DNA of 64,000 nucleotides from Ophelia neglecta (taxonomy: Eukaryota), in the NCBI GenBank assembly GCA_965285935.1, contig OZ260664.1, positions 78,740,001 through 78,804,000 of the forward strand. The letters are read 5' to 3'. A model generated the notes under the pieces. The model was not told the origin of the DNA. It ran no database searches and saw only the letters and a list, made by a program, of their open reading frames with translations. The translations under genes were made by a program, and so were the position numbers. Positions 38,641 to 50,141 of the stretch are shown here, piece after piece (positions within the stretch are counted from its first letter, which is position 1; each line of letters starts with the position of its first letter).

Positions 38641-40696
38641 TTTCATTTGAACCAAAACTATTATTTTCGTCACCATGCATTACAGTATTCTTGAACTGTT
38701 TAATACGCATAAATACTTTGGAAAAAAAGACGCATACCAAAAAATTAAGAACCATAGAATAATAAAAGTTTTAAACACTTGTAAGATGTTTTGGTCAACA
38801 AGGACATGTGTAAATAATTTTGAATTAAAGGGAAGGGTTATCAAACACAGATAGACATGGCAGAAATTGATAATAAACAATATCAGCATAGCTCGGCAAA
38901 AATAATAAAGTATACAATGCAGATATAATGCACTGCGCATAACATATTTCACCTTGTTGTTGATCAATGGGATTTTCCTTCATGATCCCTCATAGAGTAT
39001 AAATGTCGATATACAAACATGAATCATCTTGCTTTACTTTTTTTCTTTCAACCAGGATTGCATGATATTATTTTTCAAGTGAACTTGGATGTGTATAGAA
39101 AAATGTGTATACATACTTCAATGGTGACTCACCTATAAAAAAATGTCAGTAGATAATTATTCTCGCTGACCAGTTAGCATGTAAAACTGGGTACATATCT
39201 TGATTTTGAATTGCTATCGAAAAATTCTTAAGTCCTATATTATTATGCTCTGCATAAACGATTGTTGTGTTATTCTTTTAAATATTTAAAAAAAATAGAC
39301 AAACATTTTATCTATCGCTAGGACATGTTTTGTTTATTTCCTAATGTCCACATTGGCAGTTCATATTTATTGCATATTGAGTTTATCTTGATTTCATGCA
39401 TGTACTGAATATCGGTATCCACTTGATCTTTAAAGAGCCTGCATTTGTATTGATATTGATAATAATATCCCTATATTTGCCAAATGGTTCCCTAGTCCAT
39501 TTTCTACACTGAACTCTATAGTGTATACACGGATGTTAAATTGCAGTTGAGAGTGGTGAGTATGCCATTCTAACAATTTAACATGCTTCTATGTATCAAC
39601 TGCTATATTTAATCATTACATTTCTTTTCTATCATATTTTTAAATATTGTTTTAATTACCATTTTTTAGCTACAGGCTTCTGTAAAGTCCAAAATGTAAA
39701 TAAATATATTTAAACTAATTGTCCAGATTGATTTTTTCACTAGTGAATTAGTGAAAAAATGCAGTCTGTCATGGAAAATAAAATGCTTTAAGGATGTCCT
39801 ATTTCAAGGACATATCAAGTAATTATTTATCATTTATTTAATATCTGACATCAATTCTTTCAAATCATTTTGCAATGCCCGAGTCATTTCCTAGCATTAA
39901 TTCTTTCAATTGTTCTTTCCCATTTATAGCTTACTTTATTTTCACCTTTGCATCAACAAGGCTTAATTTTCCCCCATGGTAATTATCACTTGACTCTCTG
40001 TATCCTATGCTTAGCTGCATTTTGTTGCATTAATAGCCTGCTTAAAACAAAATTAGTAATTTACAGGAAAAATACGGGGGCAGCTACAAGGTGTTTTATT
40101 CGTTATATATATTCAGAAAACTGATATTCGTTTCGTAACTTGTTCCTGTAATCTTGCTGCAACATTTCTTGAATATTTCCTGAAAATAATTTTCAAACAT
40201 TTAAGGGACCCATTGGTACAGAACCTTGCAATTTCAACATACGCAGCTTCGTTTGGGAAGCAAAAATGTCACGACAAACATTTATATGTTGGTTATATTG
40301 TACCAGAGATTAGAAATATGACGATATAGGATATAGGATAGAGTCAAGCCGCTTTTTTATAGTTGATTCTCAGGTCCTTAATTGCTGTCTTACGAAATAA
40401 AAGAGTCTGTGGTGTGTAACAACGATCATATTCTTTGAAACGCGATTTCCTCTTTTTGGTATTAACTTGAAACCTTATATATGGAATAATTTCTCATTGT
40501 GCTTTCCCTTAAATGTGAGGTATTATATGTTTTCGAATATCGAAGAATAGGATGAAAACCTTCCTTATATATTAAGAACCGAAACTTCAAAGTTGGCTGA
40601 AATTCTCGCGAAGCCTATTTCTATTTTTGAAAGTCTCACACATTAAAAAAAATTCAAGTCTAATTCTATTATTAAGCGAGATTCGGGCCACGAGAG

Positions 40697-41319
40697 TTCT
40701 TTCTTTCTACCAATACTACAAATCCTCATACTTGAGGGCTCCTTGTAGGGTGCGCACGCTGGAAATAAATTAGTAATAAGACACAGACAAGTGTTCAGTA
40801 AAGGAAACCTAGAGCGGTAGTGCAGTGGAAACCAAAACTCAGAATAAGGGAAGATAAGTATATACAGGTTAAAATCAGGGGTTCAGTTTAGAATACGCAC
40901 TGACCCTGCAGATGACCCCTGAAGGCCTCCACTGTCTGTGCTTGGACAGCGAGTGAGGGTAGGGAGTTCCACCGAACCACCGTTCTGGGGAAGAACAGAG
41001 AGCTGTATGACAGCGTGGTGCAGGGTACTTGCAGAAAACTGTACTCATGGCTGTGTCTTGTTGGCCTTATAACAGGCTGTATATACTGGTATGGGTTGAC
41101 TGCCACAATACCATGGACCATATTAAACAAGAACACAAGCCGAGCATGACATCTGCGCTGTTCTAGAGTGTGCCACTCCAGTTGCTGCAACATTGAAGTA
41201 ACACTGGAGGTATTGTGGTAACGGTTTAACACCCAGCGTGCAGCCCTACGCTGTACCCTCTCCAATTTATACTTGTTCCCCTCAGTATAGGGGTCCCAGA
41301 TCGCACTTCCATACTCAAG
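40697..41319 (-). mobile_element. 5'-truncated LINE (CR1/L2/Daphne-like group), ORF2 C-terminus + 3'UTR + (GAAA)n tail
   Basis: Uninterrupted frame LEYGSAIWDPY...KLERVQRRAARWV...SSVTSMLQQLEW..LEQRR...FFPRTVVRWNSLP, typical of the post-RT region of non-LTR ORF2. The stop is at 40888 and the tail at about 40697-40710. Confidence 0.9.
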
Positions 41320-41694
41320 AATTGCGACCTGTAGCTCGAGCCGAATGATTTTGAAAGGCAAAATCGTACGTAAGCACGTAAATACGGGCACGTCAACATA
41401 CATACATTATTTAAGCCTACCACAAATGAAGATCAGTTCATATGCAATTCATTCTATCATACATTATTATTCTAGGTTTCAATACACCATCATGCGTGCT
41501 TGCCAATCCAACAAAAAAACTAATGTTTATCATATTCATATATTGAAAACGAAAGTAGCTTAATAACGTTTTGGACGTGCAGCTATTTATGTTGTTTTTC
41601 CTTTCTTAAAAGTATATACAGCATGATTTCTCTGTATTCGCGCTAAATAAAACACATCTGTGTCAAACCTATTCTCTAGTCGACAAAACAGTAT

Positions 41695-44175
41695 TAAAAG
41701 GGCAAAATTTGAAATTTCAACTTTCACTGAAAATTGGCAAAATCACTCGGCACGAGCTACAAGGTCGCAATTCTTGCACGATCACCTTCAGATTTTCACA
41801 GTGTGTGTGGTCGGGGTCCACATTAGTCGGCACGAGCTACAGGTCGCAATTCTTGTCCGATCACCTTCAAATTTTCCCACAGTGTGTGGGGTCGCGATCC
41901 ACATAAGTGGGTATTTTTGGTGATTGTACCTACCGGAAGTCGCGAGTCATCTGGGAAAATGCGTTTTTGATGGACCGGTTGGCGCCAAATCGCGATGAGC
42001 CGTCACACAGGAAAATCGCAGGTGCCATTCTGTCAGGTACAAAAATGTCAAAAAACGCTAGAGGTGGTTTGGTTTCGTCCGTTTGGCGCTCAGAAGCTTG
42101 GTTTTCGAGATATGGCCCAAATCTCGTTTCAACTCTCGTGGCCCGTATCTCGCTTAATAATAGAGTTAGAGACTTGAATTTTTTTAACCGATTCTTTTGG
42201 ACCCTCCTTTTGTTTGGTCGCCAAATATCCTATGCGCATGCGCAAAGTGCAAAATTTGAAATTTCGACTTTCACTGATAATTTCGCCGCTTTGGCATAAA
42301 TATATCAAGCAATCGAGAGAGTAGAAACCAGGTGGTCCCATAGATCAAAGGGTCTATAAAGATAGGTGTTGTAAGAAGTAAGATATATCATGTTAACTTA
42401 CCATGTATCATACAGCACACGTCCATATCAAGACACATCCATATCCTTCAGTGAAGTGTTACACACAAACAATACGAGTGACAGATGAAAATATAAATAA
42501 CATCTATCATACCGCATTATTCGGGGCGTATTTGCAGTTTCTCAAACTTCAAAGCTGCCACAAATATAGTGAAGATTTGGTAAAATACTCCAAACCTAAA
42601 TGTGAATGTAACCTTTCCTTTGGTCGCCCAAAATTGTATGCGCAAAGTGCAAAATTTGAAATTTCGACTTTCACTGAAACTTTGGCGGCTCACTCGCCAC
42701 GAAATACAGGTCGCAATTCTTGTCCGATCACCTTCAGATTTTTACACAGTGTGTGTGGTTTTGGTCCTCATAAGTGTGTAGTTTTTGGTGATTGTACCTA
42801 CCGGAAGTCGCGAGTCATCTGGGAAAATGCGTTTTTGAGGGTTTGGTAGGCGCCAAATCGCGATGAGGCGTCGCACAGCAAAATCGGTCTGTCAGGTATA
42901 AAAGAATCATGAAACGCTTGACCTTAGGGTTGGTTTCGTCCGTTTGGCGCTCAGAACCTTAGTTTTCGAGATATGGCCCAAATCTCGTTCCAACACTCGT
43001 GGCCCGTATCTCGTTAAAACAATAGAGTAAGAGACTTGGATTTTGTTTTAAACTGATTCTTTTAGACCCTCCTTTCGTTTGGTCGCCAAAAATCCTTTGC
43101 GCATGCGCAAAGTGCAAAATTTGAAATTTCGACTTTCACTAAAACTTTTGCCCCTTTGGCAAAATCACTCGATCGGCACAAGCTACAGGTCGCAGTTCTT
43201 GCCCGTTCACCTTCAGATCTCCACACAGTGTGTGTGGTCGGGGTCCACATAAGTGGGTAGTTTTTGGTGATTTTACCTATCGGAAGTCGCGAGTAATCTG
43301 AGAAAATGCGTTTTTGAGGTTTTGGTAGGCGCCAAATCGCGATGTATCTCGCTTAAGAATAGCGTTAGAGACTTGAATTTTTTTAAACTGATTCTTTTGG
43401 ACCCTCCTTTCCTTTGGTCGCCAAAAATTGTATGCGCAAAGTGCAAAATTTGATATTTCGACTTTCACTGAAACTTTGGCCGCTTTGGCAAAATCACTCG
43501 CCACGAGATACAGGTCGCAATTCTTGCCCGATCACCTTCAGATTTTCCCACAGTGTGTGTGGTCGCGATCCACATAAGTGGGTAGTTTTTGGTGATTGTA
43601 CTTAACGGAAGTCGCGAGTTATCTGGGAAAAAGTCGTTTTTGAGGGTTTTTGAGGGCTTTGTAGGCGCCAAATCGCGATGAGGCGTCGCACAGGAAAATC
43701 GCAGGAGTCATTCTGTCAGGTACAAAAAAGTCATGAATCGCTTTACCTCAAGAGTTGGTTTCGTCTGTTTGGCGCTCAGAAGCTTAGTTTTCGAGATATG
43801 GCCCAAGTCTCGTTTCAACTCTCGTGGCCCGTATCTCGCTTAATAATAGAGTTAGAGACTTGAATTTTTTTTAACTGATTCTATTAGACCCTCCTTTTTT
43901 TTGGTCGCCAAAATCGCATGCGTGAAGTGCAAAATTTGAAATGTCGACTTTCACTGAAAATTTCGCCGCTTTGGCAAAAATAAATCAAAATCAATCGAGA
44001 GAGTAGAAACTAGGTACTCCCATAGATCAAAGGGTCCATGAAGATAGGTGTTGTAAGGTAGATAAGATAAATCTGGGAAAAAGCGTTTTTGAGGGTCCGG
44101 TAGGCGCCAAATCGCGATGTGGTGTCGCACATGAATATCGCAGATGCCAATTTGTCAGGTAAAAAAAAGTCAAAA
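41695..44175 (+). repeat. Complex CpG-rich satellite / transposon-derived tandem array, full unit ~480 bp, about 6 full or deleted copies
   Basis: Anchor gcaaaatttga(a/t)at at about 41702, 42249, 42649, 43114, 43443 and 43929. Shared blocks include caggtcgcaattctt, ggcgccaaatcgcgatg, ttttcgagatatggccc and aactctcgtggcccgtatctcg. Confidence 0.9.
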
Positions 44176-44738
44176 ATAGTTCATAGGAAAATGGATTTTA
44201 AAAATGTTTTGTGTGATTATATGATGATTATACACTTAAGCGAGTCGTGGCAGACACAGCTGCCAGTTCGAAATCTCAGCTGCCAATTCGGGTTTCCACT
44301 AGTTTCGGTTATAACCAAATAATGTTGAGTGTTGAAATGCCTCGGATTCATGAATGAAGACCTAAAGATGATGTTGGACTTGTTTTCAAATGGAATAAAT
44401 ATAGTTTTATGTGTTTAAAACCATACTTCCTGTCTTTCACTCTTTCGGCTATTTGACATAGATCGAAGTAGTATACTGATAAAAAATAATTGATAGGAAA
44501 ATTGATTATAAGACTGTTTTGTGCTGCCAGTTCGATTGCTCAGCTCCAAATTCAGGTATCTGCTTAAAACATAAATACAATAAAGAAGGTTGTTAATTTG
44601 TTTTCTGTTCACCTTTTTGCTATTGTAGTTTCATTTTTGCGTAAAAAGTTTAATCAGCAACCGGCAACTGGTAGCCAGCTTTACATTAAGTGAATGAAAA
44701 TGAATTGGCAACTGGCAACTGGCAGCCGGCTTCACGTA
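44175..44738. mobile_element. Foldback/MITE-like element, partial copy (inverted relative to 46495-46910)
   Basis: Reverse-complement match to 46495-46910, including ggcaactggcaactggcagccggcttcacgta vs tacgtgaagctggctgacagttgccagttgcc. Confidence 0.75.
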
Positions 44739-45031
44739 TAGTGAATTAAACTGTCTAAAAACATCGGATGTATATTATATAACTTTAATGGTCACTCGAT
44801 TCGAGCTACTGTTCAGCAAGCTCATATTAACATTGAAAACACGCAAAAAATTGTCAAAGTAAATTTGTCATCAGCATCTAAAGTGGGATTTTTTCCCTGC
44901 CGAATAGCCAAATCGATTTGACGCTATCGAAGCAGCCTGCCGGGTCATGTGACGACTAGGGCCGTTCGGACTGAAACAAGTCGAGCAAAGTACGCAAATC
45001 TGTGCAGTGATAAAGCCTATTTTCGGGAGAG

Positions 45032-45095
45032 CGGACCTTCGGAATAGCGAACCTTCGGAATAGCGAACCTTCGAAATAGCGGACCTTCGGAATAG
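45032..45095 (+). repeat. 16-bp tandem repeat x4 (cg(g/a)accttcggaatag)
   Basis: Directly visible. Confidence 0.9.
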
Positions 45096-46494
45096 TATAA
45101 TGATAAACATTGAGAAAGACCTGACGGTAGTGGCAAACAGAAGTACCAATGTGCAGGTTTTGATGACTTGAAGGTCATGTATACAGATAAATAGAGCAGG
45201 AATTTGTTTTTGATTTGTAGACGTACGTACCCTTTGAGTAAAATGAATAAAGGTCTAGACAGAACTGTGAGCAATAAAGAAAGGAGCAATATACCTGATA
45301 TTGAAATGTTATGCAAAAAGAAGAGAGTCGATGGCAGGCAGATACTGGAAAATAGTTGATCACGAACAGTCCATAAAATCGCTCCTCAGTTCACTAGAAC
45401 ATTACCACTATATTGCAGGCTTCTTCGCTAGAAGTCGTGCAGAGGCATCCTATTTAGATAGCAAATTATATATGATAGCGGTAGACTTTGACTAACAATG
45501 TGCAATTTCGAACAAATTTGCAAGTCGTTATGAAATTTACTTGACCTTGAGTCATTCTTATACTATCACCAATAATCTCTGTTTATATGTATGATAATTT
45601 ATTTTCGTTTAATAACAAATACTGGCAATTTATTGATGAAATGTATCCACCATTTTAGAACCAATGCCATCCCCATTGGTTATTCTTATTTATATAGTTT
45701 CTTCAAAGACTGAACTAGACTTTTAAATGCATGTCTTTAAGACAAAAGAGACGATTTCGATTTTCCGTTAGTCCACCATCAATTTCTTGATAGCAATATT
45801 CAGATTTTCCAAACTTGTGGCCTTTGTAAGTGCACGTGGTCTCTGTCTGGTTTACTCAAAAGACATGGTGTCTAAATTACTGACCCTGGGCAATGCGGAA
45901 AAGACGGTCAGTTTCCATATTCACAGGTAAATATACCAACAATTTATCTATAACTCTTGCCTTGGGGACTTGTGAAATCCAATTACAGTTTCAGGTACGA
46001 GCAGCCGCAGCCCCGGTAAGTTCATGATTCTTCCCATGCAGTTTCTCACGTGCCTTCGTACAAAAAACCTAATATTTATTGTAGATTTTTATATGCATTT
46101 AACTTGTGAAATTAATATACTGTCGGCCTAATTTAGTACTCAATCAGGAGGAAATCACCTTCTCGTAGGTGTCACAGATCCACCGCAGTCGTCTGTTCAT
46201 ACCGTCTTGGGTCATCATGACCCGAAAACTATGCCTTATGATGTTATGATTATTCTCGTGGTCTAGTTATTTCGTGCAGTGAATATTGATTTCGAGGCTC
46301 GTTTCTACTGTTATCTAATCAGGATGGGTTATGACAATGCAAAAAATACCTGCAAGGGCTTACGCGCATTTTCTACTTGTCACTTTTATGTTGATAATAT
46401 ACGTTATAATATAAGTTATATAACCCACGTATTTTACCCAAGTTATTTCTAAAATTCGTTCCCCCAAATGAGTTCTGTTTTAGCATGTAACATG

Positions 46495-47012
46495 TACGTG
46501 AAGCTGGCTGACAGTTGCCAGTTGCCAGTTGCCAGTTGCCAATTCATTTTTATTCACTAAATGTAAAGCTGGCTACTAGTTGCCGATTGCCCGTTGCAAC
46601 TTTTTCCGCAAAAATGAAAAATCAATAACAAAAAGGTGAACATGAATCACATAAACAACCTTCTTTATTGTATTTATGTTTTCATCGAGGTGAAGCATTG
46701 TTTCATTTAAGCAGAGACCAGAATTGGGAGCTGAGAATTCGAACTGGCAACTGGGTCTGCCACTACTTGCTTAAGCATATAATCATCATACAATCAAATA
46801 AAACAGTCTTATAATCAATTTTCCTATCAATTGGTAACGTTTTTATCAAACAGCCGAAAGAGTGAAACACAGGAACCATGGTTTTATAAACACATAAAAC
46901 TATATTTATAACATAAATAAAATAAAAAAGATTGTTTATTTGTTTTATGTTCACCTTTTTGCTATTGTAGTTTCATTTTTGCGTCAAAAGTTGAATTGTC
47001 AACTGGCAGCCA
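46495..47012. mobile_element. Foldback/MITE-like element with long internal inverted arms
   Basis: 46600-46682 (gcaaaaatgaaa...aaaaaggtgaaca...tttatgt) is the reverse complement of 46911-46985 (acataaa...tgttcacctttttgctattgtagtttcatttttgc). (agttgcc)n subterminal repeats are present. Confidence 0.7.
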
Positions 47013-47489
47013 AATTTATGTTCGTGAAACGTTCATCCGTCTCTTTCTCTCTTATAGTGCCTTATCCGTACTTGTTTTAATCAGCGTACCGAAGGGCAGA
47101 CAATAGGCAGACGACATAAATGCAATATTTCTGTGACCTCTTTCACGTATAACTAAAAGCCCTCGGACTCGCACGAATCTGCCCATCAGTGTAGATTCTG
47201 TCTGCTCAGGGGAATAAATAGCCCATTTTCTCTTTACTTTTTGCCAATTATTCGCCACGGATAACACCTGCGTGACTAATAAATGCTATGTCAGGTTCTA
47301 ACACTTCGATCTGTATGATGTTGTCTTCCACAAAACCGACAGATCAATAGGAAATGGTGCACCTCATCTACCAGACTTCTAAGCTTCAGGCTCAGTTATA
47401 ACCAGAACTAGATAATGGAATAAACACTATTTAATTTATGTAAAAATGGGGATTAAATTGATATTGATCACCCTCGACATTATTCCAGT

Positions 47490-50141
47490 TTCTAAACCCC
47501 GAATTTAACCTAAACCCACAAAACATGAACACCTAGTAATTTTCAGTGTTTTTATAGTAGGTTTAGCCCTAGTCATCAAGATTCCGCAAGATGCCGCCCT
47601 CACACCCATGGCGGCCAACACGTACGCCCTTATACACACAGGCTAAATTGTTCTAGGAAGAGACACATATTATGGTACTTAAAAGTTGCTGTTGAGCGCC
47701 AGGCAATTCATGTTTGTCATTATCAAGTTAAATAAGTAAACGAGAACCAACTGAGACTACAAAATAAAAAATGGCCACCAATATGGCCGCCATATATCAT
47801 TTTGCAGAATGCATATCGCCTGAGGTAAATATCTGGATTAACCATATGCAGTTTAATCTATAAATGAACATAGTGTGAATTTCAAAACTGATTTGTAAAT
47901 TATATCTCACCATTTAGATCGTTTGATGTCATATATACTTGAACAGTTCAAGATGGGGACCATGATGGCTGCCTTCCCGTATGTATACAAGTCGGACCCA
48001 AGTTTAGGAATTTTTCCGTTGGTAAAAAAATTAAATTCTGCCGATGTATCTGTGATGTTTAACAGAACCACAAATTTGTCCCACATGTAAGCTAAAACAA
48101 CTGAATTAGTCTGATTATAGGATTTATTTACAAAGCCAATCATAGCTTGTTTCCATGAGGCAGATAATAAAATGTGCTTCAGCTTGAGTTACATTCAACG
48201 TAAACACCCTTTACTGTGTGATTGTCCAATGAAGTATTCTGTACTTTCTCTTAGGATTTTGGCACAGCAAAGTTTATCTCTCAGGAGATGAAATCACGTA
48301 GACTTAGATTTTTTAACAAAATGTTGGTTAAAAACATGATGTTATTTGTAAGTACCGAAAGAAGGGCCAACTGGCCTCTGTATCTCTGGACAATGAAAGC
48401 CATGATGCCGTGTTTTTTTGCAGCATGCCATATAAACCACGCCAGATATGGTCTGTATAATCTCAGATCTGTGGAATAACTTCACCTAAGGCAGGACTGT
48501 GGAATGGCATTTGGTCAGACATGTTCAAGGAAAACCTTCAAGCAATATGGTCACAGCTTAGGAGGACTCATTTGGATAACTAGGCCTATATGTTAAAGTG
48601 CTGAGAAAAGGTGGGTACTGATTCTGCCTACCTGTCGCCATATAACACATGAGGCAATTCCAAAATGTCACTGTTCCCAAATTGATTGCCAACTCGGCCA
48701 CAATTAGATGCAATTGACAAGGAAAAAATCTCCAGAAGCTCAGATCTAGCGTTGATCTTTAGAAACATGATAATCACGCCAGTGCCACAATCAACATTAT
48801 CACAGGACGTAGTAGCCCTGAAACAGTGCATGTAGAAATTGAATGTGCTATTGGAAGAAACAAATGAACCAGTAAGAAGCAATGTTACCGGCAGGCTTCA
48901 AGGGATCCTAGACCAAAAGGTTTATTACAGGCTGTCAAAAAAAGCATATAAAGATGTAAGTAGCAGAAATCTTGATACTGACCTGATTTATTTTAGAGTG
49001 ATGGGAATGATACATTCATGTGTGTTTGATTTGGGGAATATCTTTCAGCATATTTTAGCACCTATACCAACTTCGATGTTCGTGCATAGTGGGGGGACAT
49101 GAGAGTCACCGAGACCAAATCAACGCTGAAAAAACACTTCAGATCGAGCACTGAACTGGCTTTTGGTTAAAAGCGGAGGCGCGGAGCCTTGCGGAGGTAA
49201 ATTCCCAGATTAGAAGAGAGCGCTAGACCTATTAAACCTGTTTCTAACCCTTTCCCTAACCCTTAAATTAACCCTCAGATATAACCCTTGCCTTGCCGAT
49301 GATTTTTTGCTTTGTGTCGCTCAGAAATAGCCATGACCTCCGCCTCCGCAGAGCCTCCGCACTGCCGCGTTTAATCAATAGCCACTGAGCTCGACTTGTG
49401 AGGTAGCCGGAAGTTGTGATCATTTACGAGTGCTATTCTGGTTTATAAACTTGAAATCACAAGTCACAATTCAAGACTTCGTTTAGGGATATGCAAGCTA
49501 TGAGATCAGCAAGCGGTACGCGAATGACGTACGTTTCGTCTTTGACCAGCATTTGGGACAAGGACACTTGTGCAGGATGGCAATATCAGAGCAGATAGGC
49601 CTTAACTTCCATGGAAAGATGATTGTCTGTCACAAAAAACAACGTTCAAGTCATTGACATAATTCTCAAGCATCAACTGGAGAAAGTCAAGCACAAGCAA
49701 ATAAATCAGTTATGCCAATGGATACACACTGGGGATAACAGGTTCAGCCCTGTTCCTGTAGAAATCACGAGAGGCACCTTATAATTAAAACAGTCAATTG
49801 ACATTATAAATGGCGGCTATATTGGCGGCCAAGTTTTATATTCAAGGCTCAGTTAGTTCTTTATTTACTTAATTTACTTGATAAATACACAAATAAATGT
49901 TTTAGCATATAACATGAATTTTAAGTACCATAACATATAATCTTCCCAGTGCAAACGACAATTTATGGACCCTTTTATGCAATGGCGGCCTTGTTGACAA
50001 CCATCTTGAATATTTCAAATTCCTCAAGGGAACCAGGGGGCATCACCCAGATTCTTAATCAGTAGGCATACATCAAACAAAAAGCACTAACAACTATTGT
50101 GGGTTAATTTGGCGGGGGTTATATCGTTCATCACTTGACTA
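47490..50141 (+). mobile_element. Decayed, internally deleted DNA transposon, probably Academ superfamily, with long imperfect TIRs and a transposase pseudogene
   Basis: Inverted arms at about 47650-47792 and 49810-49950 (tatggtacttaaaa...tatcaag...aactgag...ggcc.ccaatat.gccgccat); the right end is ...cacttgaCTA. Fragmented frames ERRANWPLYLWTMKAMMPCFFAACHINHARYGLY, GLWNGIWSDMF, LAPIPTSMF and ITGSALFL/PVPVEI resemble Academ-type transposases as I recall them; this was not searched. Confidence 0.7.
49158..49383. mobile_element. 226-bp MITE with ~40-bp TIRs and 3-bp TSD (ACT), nested in the transposase relic
   Basis: Left ggcttttggttaaaagcggaggcgcggagccttgcggagg; right (reverse complement) ggctattgattaaacgcggcagtgcggaggctctgcggagg. 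ACT at 49155-49157 and 49384-49386. Internal taaccct motifs. Confidence 0.8.

Noticed and set aside
40888-41403. 171-aa ORF as a cellular gene
   Set aside because: It is a chimera of flanking/satellite sequence (N-terminus) and a LINE ORF2 C-terminus.
41660-44322. Multiple 60-150-aa ORFs with similar peptides
   Set aside because: They are translations of the satellite units.
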